A stretch of 64,000 nucleotides of DNA, taken from Verrucomicrobiales bacterium (GTDB taxonomy: Bacteria > Verrucomicrobiota > Verrucomicrobiia > Limisphaerales > UBA1100). The notes under the pieces were generated by a model. It was not told the DNA's origin. It worked only from the letters and a program-made list of their open reading frames with translations, and did no database searches. Below are positions 49,394-58,590 of this stretch, piece after piece. A program made the position numbers and the translations under genes. The DNA lies in assembly GCA_038139415.1 (NCBI GenBank), contig JAYOSV010000002.1, positions 111,697 through 175,696 on the forward strand, in the 5' to 3' direction. Position 1 is the first letter of the stretch, and each line of letters starts with the position of its first letter.

Positions 49394-50968
49394 ATGCCCA
49401 AGGACCCCGAAGATTATCCCGGGGATTCTCCTCCAGAAGGCGATTCGCCTGAGGAAAATAGTCCCCGCCCAGACGATTCACCTGAGACACCGGATTCCAC
49501 CGATGATCAGGGTGAATTGCCGTTTGGAGGCGATTCAAAGGACTCAGCTTCCGAGTCAAACTTTCCGAAGGCAGATTTCCCGAAGTCGGGTTTAGATAAT
49601 TCGAAAGGCGAGGTTTCGGAATCCGGTGAGGCAGAACCTGAGTCTGCAGAACCTGAGTCTGCAGAAAAGGAACTTGATGAAGAGTCGCGGGACGATCAGG
49701 TAGAGGATCCGGCGACCATTGAAGAATCTTCAGAAGCTGAATCCGGCGATGATCCTCATATCGCTGGTGAGCTCGGTCCGGATCACGACGATCCATATCA
49801 CGATGAATACCATCATGAACATGATGACTATCATCATGAGCACCATGAGGAACATGAGTACCAGTATGACCATGACTACCATGGTCATGAGGATGATCAT
49901 GGTGACTACGGCTATGGACATGGCGCGGGCTATGTTGATGATGAGGGAGATTCTGAAGAGGAAGGGTTTGGAGGTCCGATAAAGCCGTTCCTCGACCACT
50001 TGGAAGACCTTCGTTGGACGGTCATGAAAGTCGTAGTAGCCATCGTGGTGGGCATGCTCATCGCGCTGATCGGCTCTCCCTACATTGTCAAGTTTCTCAC
50101 CTACCCGCTAAATAGTGCTCAGCAAATCCAGCAGGTAAATTCCAACCCTGATAAACGCATGATCCCCGTTAAACTGGGGGATGGAGTTGCCTTTCACATT
50201 CGAGAATCTGATCTCAAAGAATGGGTGGAGGAGGGATTGCTGGTCAAAGACGCTAATCAAACCGAGGTGATCACAGCTCTACGCCTGATTCCTAGTCCTG
50301 GTAGTTTGGATGTCAATGGAACGAAATATTCTATGCAGTTGCACGTGGACACTAACGGCACCGATCGCGTGCCGTGGGAGGTCCAGCTCAAGGCGTACGG
50401 TCCATTGAAATCATTCTTTATTGCACTGAAAATTGGCCTGTACGGCGGGCTCACGATATCCATGCCGTTCGTTATCTATTTCCTGGCCCAGTTCGTATTG
50501 CCGGCTTTGCGGATTAACGAGAAGCAATGGCTCTTCAAATTGTCCAGTTTTGGTGCCGGCCTCTTTATGTTGGGCGTGGTGTTCTGCTACCTTATTATCA
50601 TGAAGGTCGCCCTCTGGGCCTCGGTTGGGTTTGCCAATATGCTCGGATTTGGGGCAGACGAATGGCAGGCCGAGGAATACATCAGCTTTGTCTGCAAATT
50701 CATGGTCGGCATGGGGCTGGCATTCCAGATGCCGGTTATCCTGTTGTTTCTGGTGAGGGTGGGCATCTTGGATTATAAGAAACTCTCGGAATTCCGCATG
50801 TACGCGGTGGTCGTTAATCTCATCCTAGCTGCTGTGATCACGCCCACCGGCGATCCCTTCACACTCAGCCTTGTGGCCGTGCCGCTACAGTTGCTCTATG
50901 AATTGAGCACCCTCATCGCCTGGTTCTGGCACAAGAAAGAGGCGGCCGAAGAGGAGGATGAAGAATAA
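49394..50968 (+). CDS. tatC: Twin-arginine translocase TatC with long acidic/His-rich N-terminus
   Basis: PFLDHLEDLR, FVLPALxxNE, FQMPV, AAVITPTGDP, PLQLLYE; core starts at about aa 195. Confidence 0.92.
   Translation: MPKDPEDYPGDSPPEGDSPEENSPRPDDSPETPDSTDDQGELPFGGDSKDSASESNFPKADFPKSGLDNSKGEVSESGEAEPESAEPESAEKELDEESRDDQVEDPATIEESSEAESGDDPHIAGELGPDHDDPYHDEYHHEHDDYHHEHHEEHEYQYDHDYHGHEDDHGDYGYGHGAGYVDDEGDSEEEGFGGPIKPFLDHLEDLRWTVMKVVVAIVVGMLIALIGSPYIVKFLTYPLNSAQQIQQVNSNPDKRMIPVKLGDGVAFHIRESDLKEWVEEGLLVKDANQTEVITALRLIPSPGSLDVNGTKYSMQLHVDTNGTDRVPWEVQLKAYGPLKSFFIALKIGLYGGLTISMPFVIYFLAQFVLPALRINEKQWLFKLSSFGAGLFMLGVVFCYLIIMKVALWASVGFANMLGFGADEWQAEEYISFVCKFMVGMGLAFQMPVILLFLVRVGILDYKKLSEFRMYAVVVNLILAAVITPTGDPFTLSLVAVPLQLLYELSTLIAWFWHKKEAAEEEDEE
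49631..49666 (+). repeat. 15-bp tandem repeat (AEPES x2.4) in the TatC extension
   Basis: gcagaacctgagtct gcagaacctgagtct gcagaa. Confidence 0.9.
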
Positions 50969-50976
50969 GGTCGGCT

Positions 50977-51831
50977 ATGAGCCTCGTCCTTAAATCCCAC
51001 TGCAAGGTCAATCTGCTGCTCAACATTCTCGGCCGTCGCGAGGACGGTTTTCATGAGCTAGAAACCATCATGCAACCGGTGCCGTTATGTGATGAACTGC
51101 AGCTGGAACGAACGGAGAAAGGACTGGAGCTGAGCTGCAATGATTCGCGCCTCCCAATGGATGCCTCCAATCTGGTCCACCGAGCGGCAACTGCGTTTCT
51201 AAGTAAGGCCGAAGTGGAGGGCGTGCGGATTCATTTGCAAAAAAATCTCCCTCTCGCCGCCGGTATTGGAGCGGGCAGCAGCAATGCGGCATTCACCTTG
51301 CGCGGGCTCAATGAACTGTTTGAGTCGCCGCTCAACGCGGAGACTCTGCAAGAATTGGCCGCAGGGTTGGGCTCCGATGTGCCGTTCTTTTTACAGGATG
51401 GCCCCGTTTTGGCCACCGGACGGGGCGAAGTGGTGCAGCCGGTGGAAAACTTTCCTGCACTGGCAGGGAAGGGTTTACTGCTGATCCATCCCGGTTTCGG
51501 CGTTAGCACGCCTTGGGCGTATCGAGCATTTGCCGAATTGCCGAATGGATATGGCGAAGCCGGCCGAATGATCAGCTTGCAACAAGCTTTAAATGCCGGT
51601 GAACTGACCGGCTTTTACAATTCACTCGAGGTGCCGGTGTTTCAAAAACATCGGGTGTTGCCGTTGCTGAAGGCGTTTCTGCTAAAAGAGGGGGCATTGG
51701 TGGCGTTGATGTCGGGCAGTGGCTCAGCGACCTTTGCCCTCACCACAGATCGGCCGGCGGCTGAGACCTTACGGGCCAAGTATCACGAGCAATTCGGGCA
51801 GGCGGGCTGGTCGGCCACCATCTCGCTCTAA
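50977..51831 (+). CDS. ispE: 4-(CDP)-2-C-methyl-D-erythritol kinase
   Basis: KVNLLL..GRREDGFHELETI, PLAAGIGAGSSNAA, GSDVPFF, MSGSG. Confidence 0.96.
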   Translation: MSLVLKSHCKVNLLLNILGRREDGFHELETIMQPVPLCDELQLERTEKGLELSCNDSRLPMDASNLVHRAATAFLSKAEVEGVRIHLQKNLPLAAGIGAGSSNAAFTLRGLNELFESPLNAETLQELAAGLGSDVPFFLQDGPVLATGRGEVVQPVENFPALAGKGLLLIHPGFGVSTPWAYRAFAELPNGYGEAGRMISLQQALNAGELTGFYNSLEVPVFQKHRVLPLLKAFLLKEGALVALMSGSGSATFALTTDRPAAETLRAKYHEQFGQAGWSATISL

Positions 51832-51886
51832 TTCCTCTGAATAAAAAAGCGTGGCTCCGTCTGGTCACCCTCGTTAGCTTTGTGAC

Positions 51887-52366
51887 ATGGACGATCTACT
51901 GAAGCTGCTGCGTGATGACGCTTCCCTTACCCCCGCCCAAATCGCTGGCCGCCTTGGGCGCGAGGAGGGTGAGGTAGAATCCCAGATCAAATCCCTAGAA
52001 TCAGAGGGCGTAATTCTTGGCTATCGCACGGTCCTTAACGAGGACAAGCTGAAGGTGGACTTGGTGCGCGCGGTGATCGAAGTAAAGATTACGCCCGAAC
52101 GCGAAGGCGGTTTTGACCGATTGGCCGCCCGGATCGCGAAGTTCGATGAGGTGCGTAGCTGCTACCTCATGAGCGGGGGGTACGATTTAATGGTGGTGGT
52201 GGAAGGCCGAGACCTCAAGGCGGTATCGTCATTTGTTTCCGAAAAACTGGCGACCATTCAGGGCGTCATTTCCACGGTCACTCATTTCATGCTCAAGCCC
52301 TACAAGGAGCAGGGCGTGCTGATGGCGGGTGAATATAGCGATGAAAAACTCTCGGTTGCGCCTTAG
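51887..52366 (+). CDS. Lrp/AsnC-family regulator
   Basis: N-terminal HTH, LESEGVILGY, YLMSGGYDL, THFMLK. Confidence 0.9.
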   Translation: MDDLLKLLRDDASLTPAQIAGRLGREEGEVESQIKSLESEGVILGYRTVLNEDKLKVDLVRAVIEVKITPEREGGFDRLAARIAKFDEVRSCYLMSGGYDLMVVVEGRDLKAVSSFVSEKLATIQGVISTVTHFMLKPYKEQGVLMAGEYSDEKLSVAP

Positions 52367-53454
52367 TCCAACGCTTCCATCGAGACGTCCAGCTTGGCGA
52401 ACAGATCGCCCATGGTCTCCTCGGTTTCATCTCCCATATTAGAGAGGCGAAACGCTTTGCCCTTGAGCTTGCCGTAGCCGCCGTCGATGAGGATGCCTTT
52501 TTCCTTCATCAACCCCTGCAGTTTCGGCACATCCACCACGGTGCCGCCTTCCTTGGCTCCGTTATTGATGCAGGTGAGAGAGAGTGATTCATAACCCGCC
52601 TCGGGGAACAGGATGAAGCCATGCTTGGCCGCCCAGTCGCGGCTCATCTGGTTGGTCTTCCGATGACGCGCGTAGCGGTTTTCCAGCCCTTCAGCCATAA
52701 ACTCATCCAGCTTGGCCGACAGCCCGTTGATGTGCGGAATGCTCGGCGTGCTGGGGGTCATATTCTTTTCGGCGTTCTTTTGGAACTCGTGGAAGTCAAA
52801 GTAGTAGCCGCGGGACTCACCTCGCGCGGCGCGCTTCATGGCAGCTTCGGACACAACAAACACGGACAAGCCTGGCGGCAGAGCCCAAGCTTTTTGGGTG
52901 CCGGCCAGCAGGACGTCAATGCCGAGAGCGTCGAAGTTCAGCGGCGCGGCTGTCATGGAACTAACGCTATCCACAATGAACATCACTTCGGGATATTTTT
53001 CCTTCAGCTTGGCAATGTCTTCCAGCGGGTTCATCACGCCAGTGGAAGTTTCGTTGTGAACGAGGGTGACGGTATCAAACTCGCCGGACGCCAGCTTGGC
53101 ATCAATTGCCTCAGGCAGGATCGGGGATCCCCAATCAACCTGCAGCCCTTCGGCTACCAGATCGCAGCGCTTGGCCACATCCAGCCATTTGTCTGAGAAA
53201 GCGCCGCACATGCAGCATAACAGTTTCCGCTGAACCAAATTCCGAATCGCGCCCTCCATGATTCCCCAGGCTGAAGAAGTGCTGAGATAAACCAGCCGTT
53301 CCGTGCCGAGCAGTTGCTGTAGTTGCGGCTGGATTTTGCCATACAGATCCTGGAAATTGGAGCTGCGATGGCCAATCATCGGGGTACTCATCGCTTTCCA
53401 GGTTGCGTCACTGACCTCCACTGGGCCGGGAATATGTAATTTCAAATGATCCAT
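52363..53454 (-). CDS. Class V PLP aminotransferase (alanine/serine-glyoxylate type)
   Basis: IPGPVE, GHRS, VHNETSTGV, VDSVSS, GTQKAWALPPGL, FRLSNMG. Confidence 0.88.
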   Translation of the reverse strand: MDHLKLHIPGPVEVSDATWKAMSTPMIGHRSSNFQDLYGKIQPQLQQLLGTERLVYLSTSSAWGIMEGAIRNLVQRKLLCCMCGAFSDKWLDVAKRCDLVAEGLQVDWGSPILPEAIDAKLASGEFDTVTLVHNETSTGVMNPLEDIAKLKEKYPEVMFIVDSVSSMTAAPLNFDALGIDVLLAGTQKAWALPPGLSVFVVSEAAMKRAARGESRGYYFDFHEFQKNAEKNMTPSTPSIPHINGLSAKLDEFMAEGLENRYARHRKTNQMSRDWAAKHGFILFPEAGYESLSLTCINNGAKEGGTVVDVPKLQGLMKEKGILIDGGYGKLKGKAFRLSNMGDETEETMGDLFAKLDVSMEALD

Positions 53455-53476
53455 TGTCTGGGATGCACCATCATGT

Positions 53477-53498
53477 GCTTGTGAAACTTTTCACAAGC
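53477..53498. promoter_or_regulatory. Perfect palindromic operator, Rex/CRP-type
   Basis: GCTTGTGAAA-CT-TTTCACAAGC, 22 nt upstream of the aminotransferase ATG. Confidence 0.7.
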
Positions 53499-53535
53499 GG
53501 CGAGTCAGTGCAAGAATGAGTTTTTCTTTTTTTGA

Positions 53536-54387
53536 TTAAACGTAAGAAACCGCGGTCTGGTGTTGCTCACCGAGCCCAGTAATGCCTAGCTCAACATGGT
53601 CTCCGGGCTGTAGGTATCTGGGCGGGTTGAAGCCGAGGCCAACGCCGCTGGGCGTGCCGGTGCTGATGACATCGCCGGGTAGCAGGGTCATGAATTGGCT
53701 CAGGTAATGCACCAGATGCCGAACCGGGAAGGCCATGTCGGCCGTGTTGCTGTCCTGCAGCTTTTCGCCGTTCACCTTGAGCCAGAGATCCAATGTCTGC
53801 GGATCGGGTACTTCGTCATTGGTGGCGATGAAGGGGCCGAGTGGGGCGAAGGTGTCGCAGCTCTTGCCCTTTACCCATTGGCCGCTGCGCTCCAACTGGA
53901 AGGCGCGTTCGCTGTAATCATTGTGGAGCAAATAACCGGCGACGTGATCGAGCGCATTGGCTTCTTCGACGTAGCTGGCGGTTTTGCCAATCACAAAGGC
54001 CAGCTCCACTTCCCAGTCGGTCTTCTCGCTATTGCGGGGAATCACCACATTATCATCCGGGCCGACGATGGCGCTGGTGGCCTTGAAGAAAATGACCGGC
54101 TCGGGCGGAAGCTCCATGCCTCCTTCCTCGGCGTGTTTCTTGTAGTTGAGCCCGATGCAAATGAGTTTACTGGGGCGGACACAGGGCGGTCCAAGACGTT
54201 CCTCAGCCCCAAAGGTGGGTAGGTTCGTTTGCGTTTCCAGCCATTGCGTCAGTCGCGCAGGGCCGTCCGTGCCGAAAAAGGAATCGCCAAAGTCCTCGCC
54301 AAAAGCGCTGACGTCTACGCGCGTGCCGTCTTCACTTAGTACTCCGGGTTTTTCTTTGCCGGGGGTGCCAACTCGAATCAGTTTCAT
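53536..54387 (-). CDS. Fumarylacetoacetate hydrolase family (2,4-diketo-acid hydrolase-like)
   Basis: CIGLNY, DWEVEL, NDYSER, GKSCDTF, PGDVISTGTP. Confidence 0.9.
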   Translation of the reverse strand: MKLIRVGTPGKEKPGVLSEDGTRVDVSAFGEDFGDSFFGTDGPARLTQWLETQTNLPTFGAEERLGPPCVRPSKLICIGLNYKKHAEEGGMELPPEPVIFFKATSAIVGPDDNVVIPRNSEKTDWEVELAFVIGKTASYVEEANALDHVAGYLLHNDYSERAFQLERSGQWVKGKSCDTFAPLGPFIATNDEVPDPQTLDLWLKVNGEKLQDSNTADMAFPVRHLVHYLSQFMTLLPGDVISTGTPSGVGLGFNPPRYLQPGDHVELGITGLGEQHQTAVSYV

Positions 54388-54396
54388 GGTATGTCG

Positions 54397-55164
54397 TTAA
54401 CGAATGTAGAGGGTGCCGCCATCCACAGGGTAGGGGCAACCGGTGATAAAGGAGGCTTCGTTGCTGCAGAGGAACACCGCCATGGCGGCTACTTCCTCGG
54501 GCTTGCCCATGCGGCCAATTGGTTGGGCCTCGGAGAGCTTTTCAAACATCTCATCAATGTTGTCGGGGTAATTTTTCGAAATGAATCCGTCCACGAACGG
54601 GGTGTGGATACGTGCGGGAAGAATGGCGTTGCAGCGAATCTTGTCGTCCAGAAAATCCCGGGCCACGGCGTAGGTCATGGAGAGCACGGCACCTTTGCTG
54701 GTGGAATAGGCAAATCGATCGTCGATCGCCATCACGCTCACGGTTGACGCAATATTCACGATGGAGCCGCCACGCCCTTTCATGTGGGAGACGCCCGCCT
54801 GCAGGCAGTTGTAGACACCCTTCACGTTGACGCTGAGCACGCGGTCGAAATCTTCCTCGGAAGTGTTCAGCACATTGCCCACATGCGCGATGCCGGCATT
54901 GTTGATCAGGCAATCAATCGGCGCATCATCGGCCATGGCATCAAAGACCGCTTTCACACCGGCCTGATCGGTTACATCACCAGTGCGGGCTGTGGCGGTA
55001 CCACCGGCCTCGGTAATCTCCTGGACGGCCGCCTCGCCGGCTTCGGCGTTGACCTCCAGAATATTAACGTGCGCGCCCTGTTGGGCGAATACCTTGGAAA
55101 TAGCCAGCCCGATGCCCGACCCGCCACCGGTGACCACTGCGTTTTTGCCTTCAAGTGAAAACAT
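54397..55164 (-). CDS. SDR oxidoreductase (2-keto-3-deoxy sugar-acid dehydrogenase-like)
   Basis: TGGGSGIG, NNAG, YSTSK, IRCNAI.PARIHTPFV, QPIGRMG. Confidence 0.88.
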   Translation of the reverse strand: MFSLEGKNAVVTGGGSGIGLAISKVFAQQGAHVNILEVNAEAGEAAVQEITEAGGTATARTGDVTDQAGVKAVFDAMADDAPIDCLINNAGIAHVGNVLNTSEEDFDRVLSVNVKGVYNCLQAGVSHMKGRGGSIVNIASTVSVMAIDDRFAYSTSKGAVLSMTYAVARDFLDDKIRCNAILPARIHTPFVDGFISKNYPDNIDEMFEKLSEAQPIGRMGKPEEVAAMAVFLCSNEASFITGCPYPVDGGTLYIR

Positions 55165-55246
55165 GGGCGGCACTCTGGCCAAGAAGTTCCACCCAGGCAA
55201 GACCATTGCGACTGACAGCATACGGCGGATGGACTAGCGTTGCGGC

Positions 55247-57022
55247 GTGGAAGGTGAACGCAAGAAACTCCGTAGTGAAAATTGGTTTAATGATCTCGAC
55301 GATCCGGGCATGACCGCGATTTATGTGGAGAGGTATTTGAACTATGGACTGACGCGGGAGGAACTGCAATCCGGACGGCCGATCATCGGGATTGCTCAAA
55401 TCGGCAGTGACCTGACGCCGTGTAACCGGGGGCATCTGGAAACAGTGAAACGCGCCAAGGAAGGAGTGCGCGATGCCGGTGGAATTCCGATCGAGTTTCC
55501 CGTGCATCCGATCCAGGAAAGTTGCCGACGGCCGACGGCGGCACTGGATCGGAATTTGGCGTATCTCGGTCTGGTTGAAATTCTGCATGGTTACCCCTTT
55601 GATGGCGTGATCCTGACTACCGGCTGCGATAAGACCACGCCGGCCTGTTTGATGGCCGCGGCGACAGTGGATATTCCGTCGATTGTCCTGAGTGGTGGCC
55701 CGATGCTCGATGGCTGGCACGAAGACGAACGGGCCGGTTCCGGCACGATGGTGTGGGAAGGCCGCAAGGCTTTGGCGGAAGGGAAAATTTCGTACGAGGA
55801 ATTCATCGAATCTGTGGCGGCCTCCTCGCCAAGTGTCGGTCACTGTAATACTATGGGTACCGCGCTTTCGATGAATAGTCTGGCTGAGGCACTGGGCATG
55901 TCGTTGCCCGGTTGCGCGTCGATCCCTGCGCCATATCGGGAGCGGTTACAAATGAGTCATCGCACCGGGCGCCGGATTGTCGAGATGGTTCAGGAGGATT
56001 TGAAGCCATCCCGGATTCTCACGCGCAATGCGTTTGAGAACGCGATCGTCGTCAACACCGCGCTCGGCGGGTCGACGAATTGTCCGATTCATCTCACGGC
56101 CATTGCGCGTCATGCGGGGGTGTCGCTGGAGCTCCAGGATTGGCAGGAGATCGGATACGATATTCCCTTATTAGTGAATTGCCAGCCGGCGGGGAGCTAT
56201 TTGGGCGAATCATTTCACCGCGCCGGTGGCGTGCCGGCAGTGATGCGGGAGTTGCTGGCCGCGGGCAAACTCCACGGCGATTGCTTATCTGTGGCTGGGC
56301 AAACGATTGGTGAAGATTTGAAGGCCGTTCCTGAGCCGGATCGAACTGTGATCCGTTCGTACGAAGCGCCACTTCGTGAGAAGGCTGGGTTTCTGGTCTT
56401 GTCCGGCAATTTATTCGAGGGCGGTCTCATTAAAACCTGTGTGATCAGTGATGCGTTTCGGGAGCAATATTTGTCCACGCCGGGGAAGGAGAACTCGTTT
56501 ACCGCCCGTTGTATTGTGTTTGAGGGGCCGGAGGATTATCACGCCCGCATTGATGATCCGGCATTGGGAATTGACGCCTCATGTCTGCTGGCTATTCGTG
56601 GTTGCGGGCCGGTGGGGTACCCCGGCTCGGCGGAAGTGGTGAACATGCAGCCGCCGGCTGCGCTGATCAAACACGGGGTTGATCTACTACCAACTATGGG
56701 CGATGGACGGCAAAGTGGCACGGCGGCGAGTCCGAGCATCTTGAATGTGTCACCCGAGTCCGCCGTGGGCGGTAATCTGGCGTTGCTGGAAACGGGGGAC
56801 ACAATCAGTGTGGATCTGAATAGCTGTTCGGTTGAGCTGCAGGTGAGCGATGCGGAGTTGGCTCAGCGCCGGACGGTGTACACTCCACCGAAGCTGGAAC
56901 ATCAGACACCTTGGCAGGAGATTTATCGGGGCTGTGTGGGGCAACTTGCCACGGGCGGTTGTCTCGAATTGGCTACGAAATATCAGGGTGTGGGCGGTTG
57001 CATCCCACGGAGAAACCATTAA
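55247..57022 (+). CDS. IlvD/Edd-family sugar-acid dehydratase, D-xylonate dehydratase-like
   Basis: RSxxWF, PCN, RPTAALDRNL, GCDKTTP, HCNTMGTA, GDGRQSGT, terminal RxNH, all as I recall them in Caulobacter XylD. Confidence 0.88.
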   Translation: MEGERKKLRSENWFNDLDDPGMTAIYVERYLNYGLTREELQSGRPIIGIAQIGSDLTPCNRGHLETVKRAKEGVRDAGGIPIEFPVHPIQESCRRPTAALDRNLAYLGLVEILHGYPFDGVILTTGCDKTTPACLMAAATVDIPSIVLSGGPMLDGWHEDERAGSGTMVWEGRKALAEGKISYEEFIESVAASSPSVGHCNTMGTALSMNSLAEALGMSLPGCASIPAPYRERLQMSHRTGRRIVEMVQEDLKPSRILTRNAFENAIVVNTALGGSTNCPIHLTAIARHAGVSLELQDWQEIGYDIPLLVNCQPAGSYLGESFHRAGGVPAVMRELLAAGKLHGDCLSVAGQTIGEDLKAVPEPDRTVIRSYEAPLREKAGFLVLSGNLFEGGLIKTCVISDAFREQYLSTPGKENSFTARCIVFEGPEDYHARIDDPALGIDASCLLAIRGCGPVGYPGSAEVVNMQPPAALIKHGVDLLPTMGDGRQSGTAASPSILNVSPESAVGGNLALLETGDTISVDLNSCSVELQVSDAELAQRRTVYTPPKLEHQTPWQEIYRGCVGQLATGGCLELATKYQGVGGCIPRRNH

Positions 57023-57047
57023 AAAAGCCCGGCGGAGTGCCGGGCTT
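57021..57047 (-). terminator. Intrinsic terminator between convergent genes
   Basis: AAGCCCGGC-GGAGT-GCCGGGCTT, with A6 giving a U tract on the minus strand. Confidence 0.8.
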
Positions 57048-57070
57048 GAAATGAGTTTTCTGATTTTCTT

Positions 57071-58540
57071 TTAACCAAACAGCTTGGTTTGGGCCTCCGC
57101 CTTGACCAGCTCGCGCGGTTGGTTGAGGTGGTTGTAGACGATCGTATTCGGATGAATGCCGAACGCGTGGTAGATGGTGGCCAGCAGTTCGGTGGGATGA
57201 ATGGGATTCGCATCCGGCGCGCTGCCGGTCTTGTCGGATTTGCCAAACACATTCCCGCGTTTGATGCCGGCGCCGCCGATCACTCCGGTGTAGCAGTAAG
57301 GCCAGTGATCCCGACCGTCGGCGCTGTTGTTGTTGCCGCTTGTGGACAGACCCAGTTGCGGACTCCGGCCGAACTCGCCAATGCACAACACGAGGGTGTC
57401 ATCAAGCATGCCGCGTTCATCAAGATCGGTGAAGAGGCCGGACAACGCCTTGTCGAGCATGGGCGCGGACTGATCCTTCATGCGCTTGGGCAAGCCCTGA
57501 TGAACGTCCCAGGAGTGGTTGTTGCTGTTGGCCACCTTGGGCCAGACGACTTCCACCACGCGGGTGCCGGCTTCCACCAAGCGCCGGGCCAGCAGACAGC
57601 TTTGGCCGAAGGTATTGTTGCCGTACAATTCCTTGGTCTTGGCTTTTTCCTGTTTCAGGTCAAACGCGTTGCGGGCGCGGCCGCTCACAATCAGGTTTAG
57701 GGCCTGATCGTAATATTGGTTCAGGTTGAACTTTGCCACGGCCTTGTCGATGTCGGGCATGGCTTCGTTGACGGCGTCCCGTAGACGGGCGCGGCGGCGG
57801 AGACGGTGACTGAACACTTCCGGGCGCATCTGAAGATCGTCAATCTTGATGCGGCTCATCTTGTTCATGTCCATGTCGTCGCCGGTGGGATAGAGCGTGT
57901 AGGGATCGAACGCCTTGCCGAGGAATCCGGCTGTGCCGCCTTTGCCGACCACGTTACTCTCTTGCAATGGACGCGGCAGCATCACGAAGGGGAGCATGGG
58001 TTCTTCCTGTGGTTTGAGGCGGATGATGTTCGAGCCAAAGTTTGGGAAATCCTTCGGGCTGGGTGGTTCCAGCTGACCGGACGCGCTCACCTTGTCAGTG
58101 GTGTAACCAGTCATCATCTGGTAGATTGCGGCGGTGTGATTGAACAGGCCGTTGGGCGTGTAGCTCACCGAACGCATCATGGTAAATTTGTCGTTCACCT
58201 TAGCCAGATTAGGCAGGAGCTCGGTGAAATTGACCCCGGGCAGCTTGGTCTTGATGGGCTTAAAGATGGAGCGGACGTTGGTCGGCGCGTCGGGCTTGGG
58301 GTCCCAGAGGTCGATGTGGCTTGGGCCGCCCTGCAGGTAGAGTAGGATGACGCTCTTGGCCTTTCCCCAGCCGGGACCGCCGCCCACTTTGGTTTCCTTG
58401 GCTTGCGCGGCCATCTCGAGCATCCCGCCGAGGGATAGGCCGAGCATGCCGGATCCGCCCACACGCAGAATGTCGCGCCGGGTCATGCCTAGGTGATTGT
58501 CGCAAAGATCTTTGCCGCGTTCTCCGGGTAGTCTAATCAT
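57071..58540 (-). CDS. DUF1501 protein with Tat-like signal
   Basis: [51 protein letters not shown]. Confidence 0.92.
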   Translation of the reverse strand: MIRLPGERGKDLCDNHLGMTRRDILRVGGSGMLGLSLGGMLEMAAQAKETKVGGGPGWGKAKSVILLYLQGGPSHIDLWDPKPDAPTNVRSIFKPIKTKLPGVNFTELLPNLAKVNDKFTMMRSVSYTPNGLFNHTAAIYQMMTGYTTDKVSASGQLEPPSPKDFPNFGSNIIRLKPQEEPMLPFVMLPRPLQESNVVGKGGTAGFLGKAFDPYTLYPTGDDMDMNKMSRIKIDDLQMRPEVFSHRLRRRARLRDAVNEAMPDIDKAVAKFNLNQYYDQALNLIVSGRARNAFDLKQEKAKTKELYGNNTFGQSCLLARRLVEAGTRVVEVVWPKVANSNNHSWDVHQGLPKRMKDQSAPMLDKALSGLFTDLDERGMLDDTLVLCIGEFGRSPQLGLSTSGNNNSADGRDHWPYCYTGVIGGAGIKRGNVFGKSDKTGSAPDANPIHPTELLATIYHAFGIHPNTIVYNHLNQPRELVKAEAQTKLFG

Positions 58541-58590
58541 GGTTTACTCCGTTTGTTAGATGCTAATATTGTTTTCGTTTTTGTCGAGAT

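Noticed and set aside
49730..49999. Hydrophobic antisense and Met-rich alternate-frame ORFs over the TatC His tract
   Set aside because: Compositional by-products of CAT/GAT/GAC-rich codons
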